From a virus (lineage: Duplodnaviria; Caudoviricetes), in the IMG/VR virus record IMGVR_UViG_3300010376_000038, positions 1-57,490 of that record: a stretch of DNA of 57,490 bases; one strand, given 5' to 3'. A program made the position numbers and the translations under genes. The notes under the pieces were generated by a model. The model was not told the DNA's origin. It ran no database searches and worked only from the letters and a program-made list of their open reading frames with translations. Below are positions 8,766 through 17,424 of this stretch, one piece after another; positions within the stretch are counted from its first letter, which is position 1; each line of letters starts with the position of its first letter.

Positions 8766-10328
8766 ATGGCACATGACAGCAGCAACTCGGTGGTCAACTT
8801 TGACCGATTCCTCCCCTCTGACCAGCACCTTTTCCCCTTCCAGCATGTGGGTGTCGCATACGCCCTCATGCAGTCCGCTGATGGCAAGGGCGTCTTCATC
8901 GCAGACGAGCAGGGCCTGGGCAAGACCCGCCAGGCCATCGTGCTCGCCAAGGCCCACGCCGCTCTGCTCTCCAACCGCAAGCCCAAGGTGCTGGTGGTCT
9001 GCAAGTCGGCCCTGAAGCTGAACTGGGCCAAGGAGTACGCCATGTGTGCTCCCGAACTGGATGTCCATGTGGCTGGGGGCACCAGGCCCTACGAGCTAGA
9101 GGCCGACGTGGTGATCATCTCCTTCAACCTGCTGCGCGTGTGGGCCGACGCCCTGATCCTGGAGCAGTTCACCGGCCTGATCATTGACGAGTCCCACTGC
9201 GTGAAGGACGGCAAGACCCAGCAGACCAAGGCTGCCACCAAGATCGCTACCGACGTCCGCTCACGGCGCGGTCTCGTAGCTCTCCTCTCCGGTACGCCCT
9301 TCCTGAACAAGCCCGCCGAACTGGTCAGCCAACTCGCCATGATCGGTCGCCTGGAGGATGTCTGCCCCCGCCCGCGTCGCCCCCAGCCCACCGCCCGTGA
9401 CTGGGAGTACAGCTTCCTGAACAACTTCTGCAACCCGGTCAAGGTCAACATCGGTCGCGGTGAGACCCGCACCAAGTACGAGGGTGCCACCCAGGGCAAG
9501 ATGCCCGTGCTGAACAGCCGCATGCGTCAGCACTTCATGGTTCGCCGCCTTCGCAAAGAGGTGCTCAACATGTCCGAGACCCACCGCATCCACGTCCCCC
9601 TGTCGCTCAACGGTGACCTGAACCACTACTGGGACGTCGAGGCCAACTTCACCCCCAAGGACAGCCGCTCGGCTGCCATCGAACTGCTGACCGCCCTTCG
9701 CCAGGCTGCCGCCCTGTGCAAGATCAACGCTGGTGTCGAGTGGGTCCAGGACTTCATCGCTGAGAACCCTGGCAAGAAGCTGGTGGCCTGGGCCTGGCAC
9801 ATCCCCGTGCAGGCCGGTCTGGCTGAGGCCCTCAACGCCGCTGGCATCAAGGCCGTGTACCTGAAGGGGGAGCAGGACAAGGGCCGCATCGAGGAGGCCA
9901 AGGCTGAGTTCAATGAGGGCAACGCCCAGGTCATCGTGTGCAGCCTCCAGGCCCACCGTGAGGGGCACACGCTGCTGGGTGACGGCACCAACGTCACCGA
10001 CTCGGTCTTCATCGAGCAGCCCTGGCACCCCGGCGCGGTGGCCCAGGCTGAGGATCGCATCAGCCGCATCGGTCGCCAGGCTGACGCAGTGTTCGCCCAC
10101 ACGTTGATCGCCCCCGGTACGGTTGACGAGTGGCTGGAGGGCCTGATCAGTGAGAAGTGGAGCACCTTCACCGCAGGGGTCGACGGCAAGGCAGTCGAGG
10201 GCCAGCAGGCCAGCATGATCGCCGCCATGCTCGCCAAGCTCCAGGCTCACATGATCGAGAAGTACGGCCCGGACCGCGTGGCAGGCTGGAACTTCCCCAC
10301 GCCGCCCCAGGAGGGAGATCTCGCCTGA
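8766..10328 (+). CDS. SNF2-family ATPase/helicase
   Basis: ADEQGLGKT, IIDESH, LLSGTP, QAEDRISRIG; start reassigned to MAHDSS. Confidence 0.92.
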   Translation: MAHDSSNSVVNFDRFLPSDQHLFPFQHVGVAYALMQSADGKGVFIADEQGLGKTRQAIVLAKAHAALLSNRKPKVLVVCKSALKLNWAKEYAMCAPELDVHVAGGTRPYELEADVVIISFNLLRVWADALILEQFTGLIIDESHCVKDGKTQQTKAATKIATDVRSRRGLVALLSGTPFLNKPAELVSQLAMIGRLEDVCPRPRRPQPTARDWEYSFLNNFCNPVKVNIGRGETRTKYEGATQGKMPVLNSRMRQHFMVRRLRKEVLNMSETHRIHVPLSLNGDLNHYWDVEANFTPKDSRSAAIELLTALRQAAALCKINAGVEWVQDFIAENPGKKLVAWAWHIPVQAGLAEALNAAGIKAVYLKGEQDKGRIEEAKAEFNEGNAQVIVCSLQAHREGHTLLGDGTNVTDSVFIEQPWHPGAVAQAEDRISRIGRQADAVFAHTLIAPGTVDEWLEGLISEKWSTFTAGVDGKAVEGQQASMIAAMLAKLQAHMIEKYGPDRVAGWNFPTPPQEGDLA

Positions 10329-10364
10329 GCACGTCATGTGCCAACATCATGCTCAGGCAGAAGC

Positions 10365-10390
10365 CAGGAGGGGCCGAGAGGCCCCTCCTG
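10365..10390 (+). terminator. GC-rich hairpin after the SNF2 gene
   Basis: caggaggggcc-gaga-ggcccctcctg, perfect 11-bp stem; no clear U tract. Confidence 0.6.
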
Positions 10391-10406
10391 TGCTATTCAG
10401 GGGGCC

Positions 10407-10742
10407 ATGGCTACCGCACGAGCACCCAGGCCCCGCAAGGCCACACAGGAGACCACAGAGCCGCCTGGAGCCGCCCCCGCCCCCAGACCGGCCCACGAGG
10501 TCATCTGCCTCCCGGTCAGCATCCAGAGGTACCGGGTGCTGTTCGCGGATGGTGCCCTGGTCGACTTCCTGGCTGCTTCGGGCAACAGTGACGTGAGGGC
10601 CGACATGCTCGACGCCCACTACGGCAAGAGGCCCGCCGCCCAGAGGCACAGTGATCCGACCTACCGGATTGAAGGGGTGGCGTACCTGGGGGAGGAGTAC
10701 GTACACCAGCCAACCCCCCACGAGCCACACACAGGCCCCTAG
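10407..10742 (+). CDS. Hypothetical protein
   Basis: MATARAPRPRK...RYRVLFADGALVDF. Confidence 0.68.
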   Translation: MATARAPRPRKATQETTEPPGAAPAPRPAHEVICLPVSIQRYRVLFADGALVDFLAASGNSDVRADMLDAHYGKRPAAQRHSDPTYRIEGVAYLGEEYVHQPTPHEPHTGP

Positions 10743-10846
10743 ACGGCCCTGTGCGGTCCTGTAGACACCTTCGTGCTGTGAAGGGATCTCTCGCCCCCTA
10801 ACCGGCCCCCACAGGCCCGTCTATCCGCCCTACAGGCCATTCGCCC

Positions 10847-11020
10847 TCAGTGCAGGGAAGCATGCACCCGCTCGGGATCGTCGCCCCCCGTCACCGATAC
10901 GCCGTGGGTCTCCTCCAGGTGGACTCTGACCGCCACCCGGTAGGCCCGCCTGGCCGTCAGGTACCACTCCTCCAGGTCGCCCAGCCGGAGGTGCTCGGTC
11001 TCGTGCTTGTCGCCTGGCAT
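10847..11020 (-). CDS. Small His-rich hypothetical protein (57 aa), not in the ORF track
   Basis: MPGDKHETEHLRLGDLEEWYLTARRAYRVAVRVHLEETHGVSVTGGDDPERVHASLH; GAGAGGGG upstream. Confidence 0.55.
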   Translation of the reverse strand: MPGDKHETEHLRLGDLEEWYLTARRAYRVAVRVHLEETHGVSVTGGDDPERVHASLH

Positions 11021-11213
11021 GCCTGCCCCTCTCGTCTATCCGCCCCCCAGCATGCCTGCCCCAGGCCCCCCTCACCCGTACCACGTACGCCCATCAGGCC
11101 ATACACCCCAGCCGTATGCGCCCCAGAGCCATGAGGCCCTACGTGAGCACCCACCTACCCACTACGTGAGCAACTCATGCCTGGGTGAGGAGAGTACGTA
11201 GCCTGGCCTCACC

Positions 11214-11381
11214 CGTACACATGTTCGTGTTCCCATGAACATGTGTTCGTACCCCATCACCACCCCAGCACCCCCTCACCCGTCTCAGGGCGTACACACA
11301 GCCCCACAGGGGTGCAAACATCGAACACATGTTCTCCAGGCATCGAACAGGTGTTTGTCAAGTCATCGAACACCTGTTCCG
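11214..11381. promoter_or_regulatory. Cluster of five LexA (SOS)-type boxes
   Basis: CGTAC-ACAT-GTTCG 11214, TGAAC-ATGT-GTTCG 11236, TCGAAC-ACAT-GTTCTC 11321, TCGAAC-AGGT-GTTTGT 11343, TCGAAC-ACCT-GTTCCG 11366; Gram-positive consensus CGAAC-N4-GTTCG. Confidence 0.75.
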
Positions 11382-11665
11382 GACATACCCCCCACCCTTA
11401 GCCAAAACGGACACACGGGTGGGACCAGTACCAACAGTTATCCAGACTTCACAACGGCGTGTAGTACCCCACGTAGTACCCATGGGGAGGTGGAGCGTTG
11501 CGTTATGGCTGCTCAACGCACGTATTGGTATATGGCCCTTCCCGTGGGTCATGCGAACACTGGCATGTGACTGGTGGAGGGAAGGGGGATCGAGTAATGT
11601 GGGGGTTGGCTTGCTACCACACGCCAAACCGTCTACAGAACCGACTAGAGCAGAAAGAGACCCAT

Positions 11666-12136
11666 ATGATTCCCCTACCCCATCCCTTCCTCGTCATCCC
11701 TACAGACGGCGAGCCGTTCGGTATAGAGGTGAACCCGGAGCAACGCCCGCCCATCCTGGGCGTTTCGCTGGTGACTCCTTACATAGCGCAAAGGTGGCTA
11801 CATGCCGGGAGGGCGGGCTATCGGCCCGTGGTGATGCATGACGCCGACTACATGCTGGCCGGGAGGGCGTTCGTACGCCAGGTGGCGGAAGAGAGTTGGA
11901 AAGCAGGAGAAGCGGCTGTGGTTGAGTTGGGAACGTCCCAGGGCGATTCCGCCTGGCACGCCGTGGTGGCGATGAGAGACGTGTGGGAGGAAGAGGAGAG
12001 TGACGACGTGCCCGGCGTGGTACTCGATGCTGCTGGAGGACGAGTGATCGCCGGAGCCAGTGGGTTATATGAGTTGAGGAGGCCCCTGGTGATGGTGGTA
12101 CTGATCATCGATGAAGCGAAAGGAACGTGGAACTGA
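11666..12136 (+). CDS. Hypothetical protein
   Basis: MIPLPHPFLV...; GAAAGAG upstream. Confidence 0.65.
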   Translation: MIPLPHPFLVIPTDGEPFGIEVNPEQRPPILGVSLVTPYIAQRWLHAGRAGYRPVVMHDADYMLAGRAFVRQVAEESWKAGEAAVVELGTSQGDSAWHAVVAMRDVWEEEESDDVPGVVLDAAGGRVIAGASGLYELRRPLVMVVLIIDEAKGTWN

Positions 12137-12979
12137 GTGGAACGCTTCTGGGTGGCTTTGGAGGTACGGGCCGAACTGATCGCCACCTGGGATAACTGGC
12201 TGGAACGTGACAGTGCCGACTTGGGTGTCATACGACAGGTGGCTGAGCACGAAGAAGACACTGAAGAGGACAACCGGATGCACGATCTACGGTGCATGGT
12301 TCACCTGGAGGAGGCCGAGACCTTCTACGTGGCTTCGGACATGTGTGGGCTGCTGGAGTTGGCCTATCAGGAAATGCCCGACGAACCGTTGCTGCAAACC
12401 GATCTGCTGGAGCCACACGGGTTCGTATACTTCGACCGTCCCATGCGCCTTGGCCCAGAGGAGCATGACTACGTGAACGCCATCTGCTGGCACACCGGGG
12501 GCGGGGGCCTGGATTCGGTGCATTACCGGCGTAGCTATGGGGGATGGAAATGGACGTCCATTGACGACGACTGGTGGCCCTGGGGGGTGACGGTGGCGCA
12601 AGTGCTGGAGGACAACCCCAACTCTGAGGTTGAGAACCTGCGCCTGCTCAAGTGCTTCTTCGTCCTCTCCGGATCGCGGGTGGTGCTGGACGAGTCCCAG
12701 ATGGTCTGGAATCGGGCCGTGCGACGACGGTTGGTTCGTATGGGGCAACCGGCCCGCCCGGTGCGAGTGATCACCCTCCGAAGGCCGGTACGTCGAGAAG
12801 CTGATGCGGACGGCATCCCGGTCGACTGGACTCACCGCTGGATCGTGTCGGGGCACTGGCGTAACCAGTGGATGCCCTCCATTGGGGCGCATCGTCAGAT
12901 GTGGATACACCCGTACCTGAAGGGGCCGGATGACAAGCCCCTGGTAGTGAAAAACAAGCTGTACCGCTGGATCCGCTAA
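12137..12979 (+). CDS. Conserved phage protein with C-terminal HRWIV.GHWRNQW motif (paralogue 1)
   Basis: C-terminus aligns by eye with the 19562 protein. Confidence 0.8.
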   Translation: MERFWVALEVRAELIATWDNWLERDSADLGVIRQVAEHEEDTEEDNRMHDLRCMVHLEEAETFYVASDMCGLLELAYQEMPDEPLLQTDLLEPHGFVYFDRPMRLGPEEHDYVNAICWHTGGGGLDSVHYRRSYGGWKWTSIDDDWWPWGVTVAQVLEDNPNSEVENLRLLKCFFVLSGSRVVLDESQMVWNRAVRRRLVRMGQPARPVRVITLRRPVRREADADGIPVDWTHRWIVSGHWRNQWMPSIGAHRQMWIHPYLKGPDDKPLVVKNKLYRWIR

Positions 12980-12993
12980 CAACTGGAGAAAAC

Positions 12994-13590
12994 ATGAGTA
13001 CGACCGCAGTGATGATTTTGAACACCCTGGCGAGGGACGAGTACGAGAGAGATTGGGGGGGTTATGAAGAGCCGCTGGACTTCCTGCGGGGCGATTTCGG
13101 CATAGGTGAGGTGCCCCGGATCGAGGTGCTGGAGTGTGTGGTAGGAGGGAAGGAGTATTCCTTCCCGGCTCTCATGATCAAGACGCTGATCGAGGGGGCA
13201 CGCCAGGAGATCCAGGACGAGGTGGAAGAGGCGTACTACGACACCGACGATGACGCTGAGGAGACGGTGTGGGCGTTCCGCTGGGGCCGCGATCCTGACG
13301 AGGAGATAGCCGAGAAGGTGTCGGAGCGGGAGATGGCCTACTGGACCGAACAGCTTGAGGGCCTGGACGAGACCATGTCGGTGCTGGATTGCCGTCTGCA
13401 CTACCTGGGCGAAGGGACCAAGGAGTTCGTGGCCTACATGGAGATGCTCATCGAGCGCCAGCCCGCCCTGGAGGAACACATCCGGGCCAAGCTGGCTGAG
13501 GTGCAGGAGGAGATGCTCAAGCGGCTGGAGGCCATCAAGGTCAAGCTGGATGAGGACGCAGAGGAAGGCGATGACGCCCCGGAAGACTGA
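12994..13590 (+). CDS. Acidic hypothetical protein
   Basis: GGAG RBS; very Glu/Asp-rich. Confidence 0.75.
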   Translation: MSTTAVMILNTLARDEYERDWGGYEEPLDFLRGDFGIGEVPRIEVLECVVGGKEYSFPALMIKTLIEGARQEIQDEVEEAYYDTDDDAEETVWAFRWGRDPDEEIAEKVSEREMAYWTEQLEGLDETMSVLDCRLHYLGEGTKEFVAYMEMLIERQPALEEHIRAKLAEVQEEMLKRLEAIKVKLDEDAEEGDDAPED

Positions 13591-13969
13591 GAACCGGCGC
13601 TGGTGGTACTGCCGGGAGTGTCTGGCGGTGCAGGACGGCCTCAACGACGGGTCGTCCTGCTGGAACTGTGGCCGGGTGGAGCGGGCGCGGATCGCCAACT
13701 GGCCCTGGTGCATCATGGGCACCAAGAGGTGCGCCTTCTCCGGCTGTGGCAAGCCCTACGTGACCATCGGGCTGCCTGTTGGGACGAGTCTGAGAGATGA
13801 GGTGGACTGGCTGGGCCTGTGCCGGGATTATTTCGACCACTACGGGAGCAACGCCTATTTTCCGCCCATGCTGCCCCTGGAGATGATGCTGGAAGCGAAT
13901 GGGTGGGAATCGAAGGATGGTGTTCACGCTACCCCGCGCCGGGGTAGGCCAAAAAAATCCGCTCCCTGA
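13571..13969 (+). CDS. Cys-rich zinc-binding hypothetical protein
   Basis: CREC, CWNC, CAFSGC; AT-hook-like RRGRPKK at the C-terminus. Confidence 0.62.
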   Translation: MTPRKTENRRWWYCRECLAVQDGLNDGSSCWNCGRVERARIANWPWCIMGTKRCAFSGCGKPYVTIGLPVGTSLRDEVDWLGLCRDYFDHYGSNAYFPPMLPLEMMLEANGWESKDGVHATPRRGRPKKSAP

Positions 13970-14035
13970 CTTGACACTGTGGTTTTTGCGGTCTGGTACT
14001 TTCCACAGCACCGCACACAACCGAAAGGAGCGGCT

Positions 14036-14536
14036 ATGTCACGAAAGTTTCGTGGTCACGAGCAGGAGGACGCCTCCGGCGATCTCGTGCTCACCCTGGA
14101 CGAGTCCGACTGCCTGAAAGCCCAGGCCACACCGGATGGGGAGGAGTGCGTGCTGGCCCAGGGCCTCCTCCGGTCGGATCCGACCATCATCGAGGTGAGA
14201 GTCGGCCCGACCGTCGCCAAGGTGCTGAGGGACAAGAGGATCATCACCAGGACGCCCTCCGGGCGGCGCAGGACGGTCACCAGGCGGGTCTGGGAGCGGT
14301 TCTACCAGGAGCCGGAGACCACCGACATGATCCACACCTTCGACGCCGACCCCGACAGCATCAAGAAGGCTGCCAAGTGGATCAAGGGCCGTCAGGTGAC
14401 CTTCAAGGCCCCCACCGGGACCAGGGTGCTGGGGGGCCGCGTGGGTGAGGCTCATGGCTCCAACGTGAGGGGCACCGGGGTCTCCCCCAACGTGCATCAC
14501 AGCCCGCCCTTCCGCCACATCGCCAGGGACAACTGA
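14036..14536 (+). CDS. Hypothetical protein
   Basis: GAAAGGAG RBS; MSRKFRG... Confidence 0.78.
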   Translation: MSRKFRGHEQEDASGDLVLTLDESDCLKAQATPDGEECVLAQGLLRSDPTIIEVRVGPTVAKVLRDKRIITRTPSGRRRTVTRRVWERFYQEPETTDMIHTFDADPDSIKKAAKWIKGRQVTFKAPTGTRVLGGRVGEAHGSNVRGTGVSPNVHHSPPFRHIARDN

Positions 14537-14955
14537 TGGCGAGCGAGGATCAGGCTCGTCGCAAGGTGGCCCAGATGGACCGGACCACCAAGATCGCCAC
14601 GGTGCGGAAGATGCTCAAGACCCGCACCGGAGGCGTCAACAACACCGAGATGCTCGCCACCGAGTCCCTCCTGGATGAGATGGAGAAGATGAACCTGCTC
14701 AACGAGGAGACGGTCAAGAGCGTCACCAACGCCCTGCTGTGGTGCCTGGCCCAGAACTATCACTTCGACCACGCCAACGCCACCGTCCATAACGCGGAGG
14801 TGCGCTTCAGTCCCATCACCTTCCGCCTGGCTGAGGCCCTGGGTGCCCTGGACGAGGACTTGTCCTGGAACACAGAGGCCCTGGGCCAGTACTGGGGCAT
14901 GCTGGCTGAGGTGACCAAGGCCAAGGGCAGCTACGAGGAGGACACCGGTCGGTGA
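14536..14955 (+). CDS. Hypothetical protein
   Basis: TGATG coupling. Confidence 0.75.
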   Translation: MASEDQARRKVAQMDRTTKIATVRKMLKTRTGGVNNTEMLATESLLDEMEKMNLLNEETVKSVTNALLWCLAQNYHFDHANATVHNAEVRFSPITFRLAEALGALDEDLSWNTEALGQYWGMLAEVTKAKGSYEEDTGR

Positions 14956-15143
14956 GGGGCCACGAGGCCGACAAGGCCGTAGAAGTCCTGACACCAGGAG
15001 ACGTCGCCAACGAGATCAACACCGTCCTGGCGAAGCGCAAGCCGGGAGTGCCCAGGGCGCTGAACAACTACGAGTGGAAGGTGCTGGAGAAGGCCAGCGC
15101 TCTCCTGGTGGACATGGAGACCATCGCCAGGGTCTTCCGATGA
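14952..15143 (+). CDS. Hypothetical protein
   Basis: GTGA coupling. Confidence 0.65.
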   Translation: MRGHEADKAVEVLTPGDVANEINTVLAKRKPGVPRALNNYEWKVLEKASALLVDMETIARVFR

Positions 15144-15328
15144 CCGACTGGAACGCTGTGGCCGAAGAGCACGGCCTGGAGCCGCTCACCTGGCGCTGGG
15201 TCGCCACCCAGTTCCCTGAGTTCGTGCAGTGGGTGGTGCAGCGCCACGGCCCCCTGCCCGATGGCAAGGTGGTCCCGGAGGACTACGACCGCTATGCCGC
15301 TGAGTACCGGAGCGAGTCTGGCCTATAG
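15140..15328 (+). CDS. Hypothetical protein
   Basis: MTDWNAVAEE...; ATGA coupling. Confidence 0.68.
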   Translation: MTDWNAVAEEHGLEPLTWRWVATQFPEFVQWVVQRHGPLPDGKVVPEDYDRYAAEYRSESGL

Positions 15329-15610
15329 GAGGGACGCCGGGGGGTCGGAGAGCCGGGTCGCACCCGGCCTACTAGCGGGCGAGAAACGGCCCGCACCCCC
15401 GGCGACACCCTAAACTTGGGGCATGCCGGGAGAGCGCACCATGGCGTTCCTGGGGGCCGTCGAGAAGGCCCGTGTCAGCCCATTTGAGGGCGGCTCCGAC
15501 TCCCGGCTGGTCAAGCCAGCGGACAAGCACCGTCTGCGGGAGGGGGGCCAGCACGCCCTGGGGCCGCTCCATCGTGGCTCGCCTGCTGCACCCGTTGAGC
15601 CGACGCACTC

Positions 15611-16363
15611 CTAGTCGAGCGGCTCCCCGGTCTCAGGGTCGACTTCGTGTCCATCCTTGAACACAGCGTCTGGTAGGCCCGGACTGTGGCTCAGGTACTG
15701 CACCAGGAACACGCCCTCGCGGCTGGAGACGTACTTCGCCATGCCCCGGTCGGTCCAGTAGGGCCGCTCGTCAGGCGGGAAGCCCTGGCGGTCCATGGCT
15801 GAATGCATGACCCGGAGCATCTTGTCGATGGTGGGCTGCACCTCCCGGCGCTTGGCGAACCCGGCCTGGACGTGGTCATCGATGGCCCCTTCCTGGTGGA
15901 TCTCGGGGTCGGTGAAGCGCACCGCCCCCCAGGTCAGCTTGTTGCCCTCTCGGAGGTAGTCGTAGTGGGCTATCGAGCGGGGGCCGATGTAGGGGTAGCG
16001 GTGGACGATGATGCACTCCTGAATGCCCTCTCGGTCGCCCTGGTTCCACATGTTGGTCAGGGTGCCGGGGCCGTAGCCTTCTTCGCTCTCGACGGTCTTG
16101 TAACGGGCGTCAGCGACGAGGAAGATCTCGTCGCAGGACAGGTACAGGGCGGTCCAATAGGCGCACTGGCGGGCGCTCAAGGGGCCGGGGCCGTTGTAGA
16201 CGACGAATAGCTGCTTCCCGGCCCGGACCCCGGCGCAGAAGTTCATGAGGTCGGACAACTCCTCGTCGGGGTCGTTGCCATACTTCACCACCTTCTCGCG
16301 CTTCATCCGGCGCACGGTCTCAGCGATGACGCTGAACTGGGCGTCACTCGCCATCGTTGTCAT
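15611..16363 (-). CDS. Hypothetical protein
   Basis: 250-aa ORF directly downstream of the Toprim gene. Confidence 0.78.
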   Translation of the reverse strand: MTTMASDAQFSVIAETVRRMKREKVVKYGNDPDEELSDLMNFCAGVRAGKQLFVVYNGPGPLSARQCAYWTALYLSCDEIFLVADARYKTVESEEGYGPGTLTNMWNQGDREGIQECIIVHRYPYIGPRSIAHYDYLREGNKLTWGAVRFTDPEIHQEGAIDDHVQAGFAKRREVQPTIDKMLRVMHSAMDRQGFPPDERPYWTDRGMAKYVSSREGVFLVQYLSHSPGLPDAVFKDGHEVDPETGEPLD

Positions 16364-17255
16364 CGAGTTCGTCTTCCAGGTCCGACGCGATGCTTGCCAG
16401 CCGACGCCGGTCAGCCTGCTCCTTCACCAGGCTGGCCTGGAACACGTCCCCGTCCCAGTACTGGCTCAGGGCGTTGGTGTAGAGGTCTCGCAGGGTCTCG
16501 GGCGGGATGGCCTCCACTTCGACCTGCATGAGTTCGCCATGGCGCTCGATGAAAGCCTTGGCGCGGGAGTCGGTGGCCTTGCCAGGAGCCACCGGCAGGT
16601 TCAGGTCATCGACCTGCTCGGGCCGCACGGCGATGTGCTGGACGTCGAACCACACCGGGCAGCGCTCAGTGAAGTCACGCAGGATGTCCTCACCGGAGGG
16701 GTCGAAGTCCCCGGCGTAGATCAGGATGGCTTTGCGCCCATCCTCGTTGACGTGCTGGCGCACCTCGTCCAGATAGCTCTGTGAGCCGTAGCCCCTCGTG
16801 AGGATGATGGGGAAGCCCAGGGACTTGTCATCGTCGGGGCCGTAGAGCCGCTGGCCGGTGTCACGGTCGACGTAGTTGGTGGAGAACCAGGACCGAAGCT
16901 GGGCCAGCAGGGTGGCCTTCTCGCCTGCCAGGTAGATGACGTAGTCCTGGCCCTCAGTGCGGTCCCGCTGGTAGGTCCGGACCAGGGCGTCGATGGCCTC
17001 GCTGGGGCTGTCATAGCTGCGGTTCTGGTGGATCTCGCGGGTCTGGTCTTGCAGTTGCCGGAAGGTGCCCTGACGACGCCCTTCAGCGGTCAGGGTGGAG
17101 AGTCGCTTGTAGTGGTTGTTGGTGTTCTGGTAGCCCAGCCCTGGTGTCATCACCAGGCGGTAGTGGAGTTGCCGGAGGGTGATCAGGTACGGGTAGCCAC
17201 CCACGATGGTATTGGCCTGGCGGATGATCGGTCTCCAGTTGACGGGTTCTGGCAT
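16344..17255 (-). CDS. Topoisomerase VI subunit A-like (winged helix plus Toprim) protein
   Basis: TLRQLHYRL, GEKATL, RGYGS, YAGDFDPSGEDI, EVEAIPP; AAGGAGG RBS. Confidence 0.8.
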   Translation of the reverse strand: MPEPVNWRPIIRQANTIVGGYPYLITLRQLHYRLVMTPGLGYQNTNNHYKRLSTLTAEGRRQGTFRQLQDQTREIHQNRSYDSPSEAIDALVRTYQRDRTEGQDYVIYLAGEKATLLAQLRSWFSTNYVDRDTGQRLYGPDDDKSLGFPIILTRGYGSQSYLDEVRQHVNEDGRKAILIYAGDFDPSGEDILRDFTERCPVWFDVQHIAVRPEQVDDLNLPVAPGKATDSRAKAFIERHGELMQVEVEAIPPETLRDLYTNALSQYWDGDVFQASLVKEQADRRRLASIASDLEDELDDNDGE

Positions 17256-17306
17256 GATGCCTCCTTGGGATCAGGTCCGTGGGACCACATCCCAGGGACG
17301 CGTCGC

Positions 17307-17334
17307 ACTCTAACAGATCGAGGTGCGCTGTCAA
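17307..17334 (-). promoter_or_regulatory. Sigma70-type promoter for the Toprim gene
   Basis: TTGACA-N16-TAGAGT on the minus strand. Confidence 0.65.
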
Positions 17335-17346
17335 GGAGGGTTTACG

Positions 17347-17390
17347 AAAAAATCCCCCGACTCCTGGCAGCAGGAAGCCGGGGGATTTTC
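17347..17390 (-). terminator. Intrinsic terminator after the rpf-like gene
   Basis: aaaatccccc...gggggatttt stem with a T tract on the minus strand. Confidence 0.8.
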
Positions 17391-17424
17391 CGTTGTGACT
17401 ACGTGTTCACGTAGCAGGGTCAGT

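Noticed and set aside
95-10337. Long antisense ORFs (95-1504 +, 3472-4866 +, 6871-8247 -, 9261-10337 -) and similar ones elsewhere
   Set aside because: Shadow frames of real genes in high-GC DNA; no motifs or start signals
13971-14002. TTGACA...TACTTT promoter upstream of the 14036 gene
   Set aside because: Spacer is 20 nt, too long to call with confidence
15331-15410. Hammerhead ribozyme or tRNA
   Set aside because: Lacks the CUGANGA/GAAA core in the right junctions and has no cloverleaf or T-loop
15423-15614. 63-aa ORF on the + strand
   Set aside because: No RBS or recognisable motif; cannot be supported
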